NCBI RefSeq assembly: GCF_009834535.1
Contig: NC_045696.1
Coordinates: 8,992,001-9,056,000 of the forward strand
Origin: Camelus ferus
Lineage: Eukaryota
Direction of reading: 5' to 3'
Length of the DNA: 64,000 nt
Part shown: piece after piece, positions 12,000-22,815 of the stretch
How the letters are laid out: each line of letters starts with the position of its first letter
How positions within the stretch are numbered: the first letter of the stretch is position 1
Position numbers and translations under genes: made by a program
The notes under the pieces: generated by a model
Seen by the model: only the letters and a program-made list of their open reading frames with translations
Databases searched by the model: none
Told to the model about the DNA's origin: nothing

Positions 12000-13248
12000 A
12001 GTTAAGCGGTTTTCAAGGGCAGAACTGTCAGTGATTTTAGCACTGTCTTTGCTGTTTCCCAAAATGGAGAACGGAGCATAAAGAATAAGAAGTTAGGAAG
12101 GAAATTTCAAAAGCTGTAACTTTAAAAAATGCGTCCAGTGTTCAGGGGAGGGTTTAAGGCGTGGCCTGGGGTTCTGTTGGAGAGATGGCAGCCAGGTCTG
12201 CACTGGGCACAGCCTCTGGTTTCTCTTGCTTTCTTCAGACTCTGCCAACTTCTGCAGCTGCTACAGGACAGGTGAGAAATTGGCAGGGACGCTTGCTCTG
12301 GAGGAAATCAAGACTTTAGATTGTGTTAAAGGCACCAGAATGAGACTTCCATTTCATGCAAGCCAAAATGTTCAATTCCAACATTTTAAGAAGAGTGTGT
12401 TTTATTTCTGCCCACCTTTCAGGCTATGGTTCATGCCTTGGGGCACGTGGCAACTTCTTGCCCATCACCAATGCTAACCAAACCAACGAAATTTTAGGCT
12501 TGACGTAAATCTAAGCTTTTTCTGGGAAACTTCCTCCTAAGGGCCCTCTAGACTGCTTCCCTTGTCCACGGGACTCTTCTTTTGGTAAATTAATATCATC
12601 AACAAAATTCTTTGAAAGGCATCACTATTTAGCCTAATTAAAGCAATGTAAAAACTATCAACATTGAAATTTTCAAGGTGAATGTTTCCAAATGAAATGT
12701 ACTCACTTTGAAAATTGTTCATAAGCTTATTTGGGGGACAAAATAATTAAATCATTCTAGATTCGAATCTACGACGCACTGAATCTATTCAGGAGGCTTG
12801 CTGCTATTTTCATAACACAAGGAGTAAGTGTTTGTTTATTCATTTATCTTGTCTGGCCTAAGACATTGTGCTGGTACAGGGAGATGTCATCTGTGGTCCC
12901 CCCTGTTCTTGCATCTCTAAGTTTCAGTTCTTGTTCTGTAGCAAATTTCTGTGGTCGACATTCTATGGAAACACCTCTTTACAATTAAGTGCCGTTTCCT
13001 TGGTACTGGAAATAGACCCCAGTTGACTCATGGGATGATTTCTAATAGAGATGACGTTACTGTTTTTTTATATTGTTATTATGATGGGTAGGTACGCTGA
13101 AGAAATGCTGAAGAGGAAACTTTACTATTATACTATATAGAAGAAACTATACTAACTTTACTATTTCCGCTGCATTATTTTAAGAAAAGAGTACGTGCCA
13201 CAACGACGGAAAAACACGTCTGAATCACACAGCTGTGCAGTGGCAAGA

Positions 13249-13335
13249 CCAGGTGATCAGTCCTCCCGGTTTGTTAGGGCTGTCCCAGGTTTAAAATGAA
13301 AATTTCTGTATCCCGGGAAATCTCTCAGTCCCCAG
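13249..13335. mobile_element. MER81-like hAT-Blackjack MITE fragment
   Basis: CAGGTGATCAGTCCTCCCGGTTTG..GGGCTGTCCCAGGTTT..CCCGGGAAATCTCTCAGTCCC. Confidence 0.65.
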
Positions 13336-13419
13336 TACTGAACCCCAAACTTAGGTTTCTGTTGCCAATGCATACATACTCGGGCATGTGAAAGAATGAG
13401 CACGTGTGATGTATCGTTT

Positions 13420-14280
13420 GGTACCTTTATTCATTCTATATACGTGAAACATTTTTATATCAATACATGTAAGTCTGCAATATAATTTTTAATAGTTTCA
13501 CATTATCCCATGGTGTGGATCTACCAAAACAAAGTTTATTTCACCAATTGTCTACTGACGGATGTTGGATTATTGCCAGATATTTGATATCATAAAAAAT
13601 CCAATGATGGGAAAGATCTTTACACATACATCTTAATACACTTGTCTCTTAGGATAATTTGTTTAAAGCATTACCAGATCAAAGAGCATGCACAAATTTT
13701 AAGCTTTTGGTATATTGTCAAATTGCTCAGCAGAAGTGTTATGCCAATTTACTTTACCACCAGGAGCCCCATCCTCCCCAATAAAGGATTTTATCAATCA
13801 CTTAATCATTCATAATTTGATAAGTGACTATCAATAATTCATTAATGTTTTTATTTATATTACTTTGATTATTAAGGAGAGCAAATAATTTTACATTTTA
13901 ATTGGTCGTTTAAATCTTCTATGTAATTTTCTATTCATAAGTTTTTATCGTTTTATTAGATTATTCATCTTATTAATTTCTAAAGATGCTTCAAATAACT
14001 CTATCATTTACATTATAAGCATTTTTCCAAGTTAATGTTTGTCTATTTATTTATTTATTATCTTTTTGGCAAGGGGAGTTAATTAGATTTACTTGTTTAT
14101 TCATTTTTCAGAGGAGGCACTGGGGATTGAACCAGGACCTCATGCATGCTAAGTATGCGCTCTACCACTTGAGCTGTATCCTCCCCCTTTATGTTTGTCT
14201 ATTAATTGCCTTCATTTGTTGTTTGTAGTGACAGAGACCATGTAGATAATTTTGATTTCTAAATAGTCAAATGTTTTATT
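13420..14280 (-). mobile_element. L1ME-type fragment, interrupted by a SINE
   Basis: CAAATTGCTCAGCAGAAGTGTTATGCCAATTTACTTTACCACCAG and other antisense L1 ORF2/3'UTR motifs. Confidence 0.7.
14048..14190 (-). mobile_element. tRNA-derived SINE, camelid vic-1-like
   Basis: GGGGATTGAACCAGGACCTC (B box rc), CTACCACTTGAGCTGTATCCTCCCCC (A box rc); perfect 13-bp TSD ATGTTTGTCTATT at 14035-14047 and 14191-14203. Confidence 0.92.
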
Positions 14281-14549
14281 GGATCCAAAATTTTAAATGT
14301 GAGACATTTTTTTCTTGAGCTAAAGTAATTCAAACCTTTTCCTGTATATTTAAAAGAGAGCTCTTACATTCAGGCGTACGGGCCTCCCCATAATGCAGTG
14401 ACCGGAGGCAGAGTCAGAAGGCTGGGACTCAGAGTCTGGCCCCGCGCTGCCCCCAGTCAGTGGCTGGCTTTGGACATGGTTTTCACATGTGTGAGATGAA
14501 CCTCCTCAGGTCCCTGAAACTCACCACATGTCGACAAAGCTTGCTCTCC

Positions 14550-14727
14550 ACGGATGGTTTTCAACCTAGGCTGCCCACAGTGATCGCCTGGGGCGTGATT
14601 AACACCCTGGACATTCAGGACACATCCCAAAGCATGTAAATTAGAAATCTCTAGGGCGGATTCAGGCATCCCCAGTTTTCTAAGCTCCCTGGTGATTCCC
14701 GTGTGCAGCCAAGCCTGAGACCATGGA
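14550..14727. mobile_element. MER5A (hAT-Charlie MITE)
   Basis: GGTTTTCAACCTAGGCTGC...AGCTCCCTGGTGATTCCCGTGTGCAGCCAAGCCTGAGACCA. Confidence 0.8.
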
Positions 14728-15649
14728 TCTGGACGGATGTTGAGTTTCCCAAACTTGCCTGATGATTTCTTTAATGGCTTACCAAGATCTGGCCTGAGGA
14801 TCTGGAATATACTAACTCTGTGCTGGTTCCTGAGAATCTATGTCATTTGCAAGCTTTTCCACAATTTGTATTTTAATAACATTCCATTAGTCTGATGGTC
14901 TCCCTGGATGGTCTTCTTGCTGCCCTGTTATTGCAAAGCTGAAGTTATCAGTGAAGACTTGAATTATATCCTGGGGATGAGCATTCTGACACTGGTCTGC
15001 TTCTTTGACACCATCACAGATTATTAAAACTGTTTTAAGACATTGGGGATTTTCCATTCTAAATCCTTAAAAAGACTGAGGAAGGTACACAAATTCAGCC
15101 TGCTATTGAATGGCAAAACCAGAGAGAGGACTCAGGTACCCTGGCCCTAACCCAACACCGTTCTCACCTCCTCCTGCCTCAGTCTCTTCATCTATGAAAT
15201 GGGGGCAAGCGTGTCTCTGGCCCTTCCTCTAAGGAGGGCTCCGAAAGCCGGTGAGGTAACATCTGCAGGGCTTGGGAGTGACGCAGATGAAAGGCACCGA
15301 ACCGTAATGAGTACAAAGTACTATTTTTCATATTACACTTTAAAGCTCTGTCAATGTTGAAAGGACCTTTTTATATAAACAGGCAGAAACAACAGTAAAA
15401 AGGAAGTAACCCCTTTATCCCGCTTTTTATATTCCCAGACTCCTGTTACCCATTAATTTTTCTCAGTGTTGCATCAACAGCGCAGTGACCCGGCTGCAAG
15501 CAGGAGGAAAGGGCGTGTAGGTGATACAGCGCTGCTCTAAATGCTGCGCTCGCCGCTTCCGCCCTGGCTTTGCCAAGCAGGACTCGCACTAAAATAATTC
15601 TCTGCCTGATGATCTGCTTCATGCCCGTCTACCCCGCCAGACCATGGGC

Positions 15650-15762
15650 TGCATGAGGACAGGAACAGGTACAACGTATGTTTCATACCCCTGAAGCCTG
15701 GCACGGTGTCTGTCATGGGGATGTTTTGAATAAATAAACACCTGAGCAGTGTGAATGAGTGA
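15650..15762 (+). mobile_element. L2 3' end
   Basis: GCCTGGCACGGTGTCTG..GAATAAATAAA..TGAATGAGTG. Confidence 0.5.
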
Positions 15763-16074
15763 CCCCAGTGAAAATGCAAGGCTCATTGCTGAGTGAGGCT
15801 GACAGGGTGAGTCACTCTTAAAAGCAAAAAGGAGAGTTTGTACTTGAGATCCGCACCCTTTACTCAGAGAAATTCATGTTTTCCTGGGCGCAGTATCCTT
15901 TTATCATTCCCGCCTCTACTTGTACCTTGCAAAATGTGCGTGTGATGCTCGCTTCAATACTTGTCGTTGGGGTACACAGGAGGTAAGGATTGGAGGCTGG
16001 AGTAGTTTGTGTTCCTAGTTGTTTTGACTAAATTATACATTGTAGATAAGGGACCGCCTTTTTAGTTGAGGATC

Positions 16075-16270
16075 TGCTGGGTGATAATATGCATTGCCTC
16101 ATTTGTCATCACTAAAACCCTGGGAAGTAGGTTATTACTGACCCCATTTTGAAGATCAATAAATCAAGGCTCAGAGAGTTTAAGTAACTAGCACAAGGTC
16201 ACACAGCTAAGCCTTGACTCAAGTCATCAGGTTCTTAAATCCCTTTTCTTTCTGCTGTAATCACATTGCC
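16075..16270 (-). mobile_element. MIR SINE
   Basis: CCCCATTTTGAAGAT..AAGGCTCAGAGAGTTTAAGTAACTAGCACAAGGTCACACAGCTA core. Confidence 0.85.
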
Positions 16271-17029
16271 TTTCAGCCCCATGAACTTAAGAATTTTTTT
16301 TTTTCTGGATGGTCTCATTTGGTCAGAAATATGTAGGCTTCTGGAATGACAAAGTGGCTTGGTGTTTGCAGTGGGTGATGGTCAGCACATTTAACAGGCA
16401 CACGTGGCCCAGCCCAACCAGTAGACAGAAACTGGTAAAACCACCAGCTTTCTCCATAGGTTTTCTAGATGAAATACGAGACCTCAAGGTAACTTTGATT
16501 TTCAGATAAACAACAAATAATTTTTCAGTATAAGCAAAACTCGGAACAGACTTATACCTAAACAAACTATGTGTGGAGCTGAAACACCTGGGCTTCCAGC
16601 CTGACCTCACACATGTACTAAGCACACAACACAGAGCAGCTCCCTTGATCTTCACTAGTGAACCCTCAGTTCACTGGGTCTTGGTGGCTGGTTTCTGGTG
16701 ACAATGGAAGAGTCAGTTGAATGGCATGGTGTTGATTTAGTGTTTAAAAATGAGTTGTTTTATTTTCAAAGCTTGAACAGTCGTGATTGGGGCAAGCATC
16801 TCACCTCTAGTCAACACCTGGCCCTGCATCCTGTTGTAATTCCTGTGTAGTCTGTTATGATTTTATTTTTATGAATGAAATGAATTTGCATTTTCATCCA
16901 CTCATATGCATTCATATAAATGAATATAAATTTGCAACCCAAGGTAAAACTGCCCTCTTTGCTGACGGGAAAAGCAATGAAAGTTTGAAAACTAAGACAG
17001 AACAACAGCATTATTAAAATATATGTTAA

Positions 17030-17282
17030 TATTAAAACTAAACCTGCACTATGATCATCATAGTATTATTTGTAACAAATACTAATATACTACTCATCGC
17101 GTACTAAGAAATACATATTAAAACCATCCAAATGCAAAAAGACTGGTTCAACACAGTTCATGCTAGTTTTTCCTGGTTGTGGGCCTCTCGTTCATTTTTC
17201 TTCCCTTCCTCCACATCGACATTTTGAAATTTTCTACAGTGATCACGTACAGCTTTTATAATCAGAAAAAAATAAAAAGAAA
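17030..17282 (+). mobile_element. L1ME 3' end
   Basis: AAATTTTCTACAGTGATCACGTACAGCTTTTATAATCAGAAAAAAATAAA is the L1ME terminus pattern. Confidence 0.55.
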
Positions 17283-18354
17283 TTACTTTTAAAGTTTAAT
17301 CATGACCCAAGAACTTGCCAATCTATCAGAAAGACAGAGGATGAGGGAAATAAGGTTAAAAATGAATCTTCTTCATGAGGGAACAGTTACATTCATGGAA
17401 AAATGCGGCAGTTAAACTCAGAGTGAAAATGGTAGCAATGGCTCACTGTAGAGTGGAAATAATCAGTCAACCAGCCCAGTGTTTTGTCTACATGACATAA
17501 ATAACTGTTTGAGCTGGGTTTTTTTTTTTTTTTCCACTCCATCGGCCAATTTAAGGGTACTGTGAACAGAAGATTTGATTAATGTTTCCAAAACTCCAGT
17601 TTAGTGCAACGTGTAGCTTAAAATTGACTGTTAATGTCCTTGAACCCCCATCTGTAATGGTACCCACAGGAACAAACACGCCACCTTAATTACCGTCCCT
17701 CCCAGGGCACCCTCTGCCTGCGGAGCCGACCCGGGAGATACAACACGGGTGTGTCTTCTCCCTTATAGCAAGGGTGTGTTGTCTCCCCTTGAGAACCTTG
17801 GTTTATAAAGGGGTAAGAGTTTTTAATATATATGCAAAGGACGATAATGAAATGCGTCTGGCCAGAATATAATCGGGCGAGATTCCATCTAGTTTCAACA
17901 ACTCAGGGTGCCAGGGCTGAAGCCATTTTTACCGTAACTCATATTTTCAGCCGTGTGAAGTTGCCGCCCACACAGGAAATGACTTGGAACAGGTGGTCCT
18001 CCGAGCTTGCTGGTCTCGTCTGGCTCCCGGGTGATGCTTGTGGGCTACTGAGTCACTGACTAACTATGAGCCTGAACAAAAGGCTCTCAGATAAGCGCGA
18101 GGTCAAGACCCAGAGAGAGGCAAGGTGTAGCCAGTGACTGTCTCTGCGTGCTGGCTGTTCAGCCGGCGTTGATGGATGAGCTTCCTTGGGAAACAATGCC
18201 CCCTTGGTTTGTGCTCCTCTTTGCTCCCCAAGCACCTGGTGGCCGCGGGACGAGAAAGAACAGGTGAGGCGAGAGCCATTGCACACCTCAGGTTTTAATG
18301 AATGTAAACGCGCTAGGAAATACACGCGTTGGCGTCCCTGCTGGCAGGGACCGT

Positions 18355-18510
18355 GCGCTATCTCATTTGTCAGGTGTCTGAGCTATGCACGTCCGTGGAT
18401 GTGTGTGCTGGGCGCGAGGTGCTTCCACATCTTTCGATCCCTTCCTAGGCTGGGAGGTAGTGGTGTGACACTTCCCATTTCACAGGTGATGGAACCAAGG
18501 CTCTAGGAGC
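18355..18510 (-). mobile_element. MIR fragment
   Basis: CCCATTTCACAGGTGATGGAACCAAGGCTC. Confidence 0.65.
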
Positions 18511-18552
18511 TCCTGTCCTTAGCTTTAGTTTTCAGAAAAGGGAAAAGGATGG

Positions 18553-18995
18553 TGTCAGGGATTGAACTGTGTCCCTTTAGAAAAGATGTTTTTAGTGCCT
18601 GACTGCCAGTACCTTGGAATGTGACCTTATTTGGAGATGGGGTCTTTGCAGATGGAATTAGCTCAGGCGGGTCACCCTGGAGCAGGATGGGCCCCTAATC
18701 CAACAGGACTTACAGAAAGGACTTCACAGGAAGAGACAGAGACACAGGGAGAAACCCGTGCGACGATGGAGGATCCGGGTGATGAGGCTACAAGCCAAGG
18801 AATGCTGAGGGCTCCCAGGAAACCACCAGAAGCTGGAAGAGGCGAGGAAGGATTTCCCTACCCATTTCAGAGGGAGCCCAACCCTGCCGACCCTATAAAC
18901 TCAAATTTCCAGCCTCCAGAATTGGGAGTTAATGAATGTCTGTTGTTGTCAGCCTGGTTTGTGACACTTCGTTGAGGCAGCCCCAGGAAACTCGG
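18553..18995 (+). mobile_element. MaLR LTR, MLT1C-like
   Basis: GAATGTGACCTTATTTGGAGATGGGGTCTTTGCAGAT, CTACAAGCCAAGGAATGC, CCAGAAGCTGGAAGAGGC, CCAGCCTCCAGAA. Confidence 0.9.
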
Positions 18996-19369
18996 ATGGA
19001 TGGCTTTCACCATTCCCAGAGAATCAGAACATCGTGCCAAGTCTGCGGACTGCGAAACAGAGGCTTTTGAAGTCTTCAAAAAAGTACCACTTTTCATTTC
19101 ACCTAGATACGTAAGCCTTAACAGGATCACTTTTATCAGCTGAACACAAGAAGTAATGGCTAGTTTGCATGTCAGTGACCCAAATACAAATGCCATGAGT
19201 GGATTAAAGTACAGCCAAGAGGTAGGAATAAAAGTAAGTGGCTGTTAGGAAGTACAGACGTGAGAAGGTTCTAGAAGGCTCACCGAGCAGACCCTTGAGA
19301 TGGTGAGTTAGGGGCTTAGGAAGAAGACCCCAGGTGAGGCCCCCACCACCAGTTGCAGAGTTAAAGGGA

Positions 19370-19955
19370 CACTGGAAGACCATCGCCTTCACTTCTTACA
19401 CCAAGTATAGGTTCAGGGTGTTCTGAAAGCACCCTTCGGGTTCTAGAACTCACTAGAAGGACACCCAGCACTTACTGAAAGCTGTTATCCTCTTAGCTAC
19501 ATTTGTTAAAGGAAAAGAACACAGATTAAAAGCAGCCAAGGAAGGAGAGGCGCAGGGTGGGCTCCAGGAGAGCAGCAGACCCAGCGTCTCCAGGCGCCCT
19601 GTCCCGGCGCTCAGGACAGCGTCCAGGACAGCACCGTCCTCCCAGGAGTGCTGGGGGATGCTCACCTGAGCCTAACAGGGGCCCAGAGTCTTCCCTGGGG
19701 CTCCAGCACACCTGGTGGGGTTGAGTGGCAGAGCTGGTACCAGGGGACCCAGACCCCCTACCCTGTAGAAGTGTGTTGCTGTGGCTCACAGTCCCCAAAC
19801 TGAATCACACTGTTATTCTCTCGCTGGTCCAAGGCCCGGAGGCAAACACAGACACCCCTATCGGGCCTGACATTCCAAGGGCTTAGCGATTGCCTCCCAG
19901 AAACCAAGGGCAAAGGCCAGGCCTCTCCTTGCGCAAGTTTAAATTCTTCACTACC
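19370..19955 (-). mobile_element. ERVL-class LTR, MER21/MER77 group
   Basis: CTAGAAGGAC..ACTGAAAGCTGTTAT..CAGATTAAAAGCAGCCAAGG..GACATTCCAAGGGCTTAG..GGGCAAAGGCCAG..TAAATTCTTCACTAC. Confidence 0.8.
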
Positions 19956-22167
19956 CCCAATTAGACACAGACCTCCCTTTTTCCATCTAACCTTACCCCA
20001 GGGAGACATCTCAGCTTCCTCTACTCAGGGAGCAAGCTCTCCTCCACGTGGACCCCCAGGATGGGGAGAAACAGGGCGACCCCAGCCCCTCGTGGGCTCC
20101 AGCGGGTGCTTGGAGCGGACCCAGCTCTGAGCCTTCTCACAGGTGCATCTTTTGTGCAGCTGGGTCCTTCTGACGCCCAGTGCTCATGAGCCAGATGCAT
20201 TTAGGAAGAAGATGAGTTGAGCCCAGGAGGAGTAATAAAGGCCAGAGTGACAAGGGTGGGGTGTGGGACAGAGGGACACAGGGCTAGGAGACCCCTCCCC
20301 CCATCGAGGTCAGAGCCTGCGATTCTCTGCAGCGTTTCCAGTGCCAGAGATGCAGGGAAGACAGGGGTCTTCCCTCGGTTCAAGTTGGTGGTGGGCGGCG
20401 GCGGGGGTTGGGGGATATTCCTTTCTTCCTTATGATTTTGTTTTACTCCAAGATACAATGCATGTGACCCTCCCTTCTGTAGCCAAGTTAACTGAAAGAA
20501 GCAGCAGGAAGCGCTCCTTCAGAAGACTGTGACATCTTTCCTTCTGCTCTGACATCCTCCTCCTCCCTCTTCGGAAAGTTCAGAGAGTCTTAAGGACACT
20601 GTTGCCTCTCTTTGGCCCATTAGTGTTTTCATGCATCTGTCTAATTTCTTAAATTTCACCACCAAACGGTATTTTGTTATTTCCACATTTTTCATTTCAC
20701 ACGCAAACATTTGCTGAACATTTGAAATATTTTCACAACATGGACAAAAATGACAGAGTGAAGGAAAAAAGTTGCCTGAGCGATGCCCCCAACCCAGCTG
20801 CTGCCTCCATCTAGCTCTTCTGTCCCCTACCCCCACATTTTTAATGCAGAATATGCCCCCTCCCCCCAAAAAAGGAACAATTTTCAAAAGCAAAAGAGAA
20901 AAGAAATGGAAAGAAAACAGGAAATTCATGTAATCATTTACAGCCAATTTGAACCTTTTTTCCCCACGATTTTATGGGATCGGAAGAGATTCATGGCACG
21001 GTTAAGTGGCTGAAATGAAAAGATTTTTTCAACTAGAATGCTACAACAGCATACCTGCGACTGACAACGGAATTAAAGTTATCAAAAGCATTTCCATGGA
21101 TGCAGGAGACCTACAGGATGGAAGAAATGTGTTTCAGATCTTGAGTTTTGACCCATCATTTGAAATTCATTTTCTCTGACTTTTCCATCAGCTATGCCAA
21201 AGAAAATAGAGAAGCCAGCCCTGGTCCCATCACTCGGCTCCCCCCTTGCCTACCAGATCCACTAGCTTTCCTGTATCACCATGTGGCAACTCAGAGGCCT
21301 GAGGGTTCATATGAATACAGAGCAAGTCATCCTGGCGTCTGGTTTTCATTGACAAGAGCAGAAATTAGCATCACCTTCGGGCAGATTCTGCGTTGTATTC
21401 CATAATGCATTAGGGGCCCCTTTCTGATTTTGTTTCGTATTCTGGCTTGATAGCGCAGTTTCTCTTCACTTCAAAGGTTTTCCTCTGCCTGAATAACTCC
21501 TCCAAGCTTGAGCGTAAAAAAATGGGCCTTTTCTAAGTAGGAATTTATCTCCAAAACCAAGAAGGAATCCAAAAGGAAAAATAGTCCTTGATAATGGAGT
21601 AAAAGAAAATAAAATCATAATAAAAAACTGGATGAGAAAATGCTTCCTCTAATTTACAAAAGTCCAGACTTGGCCCCATCCTTAGATGGCGACTAATTGT
21701 TGCAAGCCTTCTGACACCAACCACTGCAACCCCGGATACTCACACAAGCTAGCTGTGAACTGTGGCTTCTCATCCATCGGGGGCATTCGCCCGGCTCGAG
21801 CTTTGCATGGCGCATTTGTGTTTTTCCACTTTTCCACGGATCCTTTATAGTATATTAATATCAGGCATAATGTCAACATTTGGAAAAGGTTTGTGACTGA
21901 CGGGGCTGAAAAAGCGTGTTTCTCCAACAGCCTGTTTCTATAATCGAAGTCATTCTTCTTTAAGACTCAGACCACCATATGCTTCCACTATTTTTTTTTT
22001 TCCGTTTTTATCAGGGGACCTCAGCATGTTGGATTTCAGTATAAATTTCAAATACGTTAAGACAGTTTCAAAAATTCAAGCCAGCACAGCCCCGGCTCCT
22101 CGCGGTCCCCTCGCCTGAGAATTTATTGAGGCCTTGACGCCTCTCATCTCTAGTTGAGGTCAGCCCT

Positions 22168-22400
22168 AATAGTAGTAATAGCTGATGTTTATTGAGTGTT
22201 TACCATACACCAGGCTCGGTGCTAAGTGTTTTCTGTGTGTTGGTGTGTTTAGTCCTTCCAAGAACTCTATGAAGGACAGATGAGAAAACTGTAGCTTTGA
22301 AATAAGTTTAAGCAATTTCCTAAAAGGCCCAGGGCCGGTGCAACGAGCCAGCCATCCAACGTCCAAATCCAAGTTCTTCATTTTTCACCGTATTGGCCTG
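22168..22400 (-). mobile_element. MIR SINE
   Basis: TAATAGCTGATGTTTATTGAGTGTTTACC..GTGCTAAGTG..ACAGATGAGAAAACTG. Confidence 0.85.
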
Positions 22401-22760
22401 GACTGCCGAGTGCCCACTCACAGCACACACGCACACGTGCACGACCACGCACGTCCCAATGCCCTCCTTTAGACGCCTTCACTTCTACTGCTAGGGAAGC
22501 GGCTCCTTTTTCCATCCCCTAGTTTGCTCTCAGTCCTCATGGGGGTCAGAGGGTCCCTCTGCTGGGGGCTCTCATTGTAAAATGCACTTGACCCACAACT
22601 GACTCCTTCCAGAGCCACCCATCCACGTGAAAGAGAAATAACCCAATGCCATAAAGGTTTAATAAGCGTGTAATATTTATAATACTCATATTATTATGAT
22701 AAAGGTAAAAATATTCATAGATTCCTGCCTTCAAGCCACTCTGCAAACATCCCTCCCCCA

Positions 22761-22765
22761 ACACA

Positions 22766-22811
<46 letters not shown>
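22761..22811. repeat. (CA)n microsatellite
   Basis: About 25 CA units, one interruption. Confidence 0.97.
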
Positions 22812-22815
<4 letters not shown>

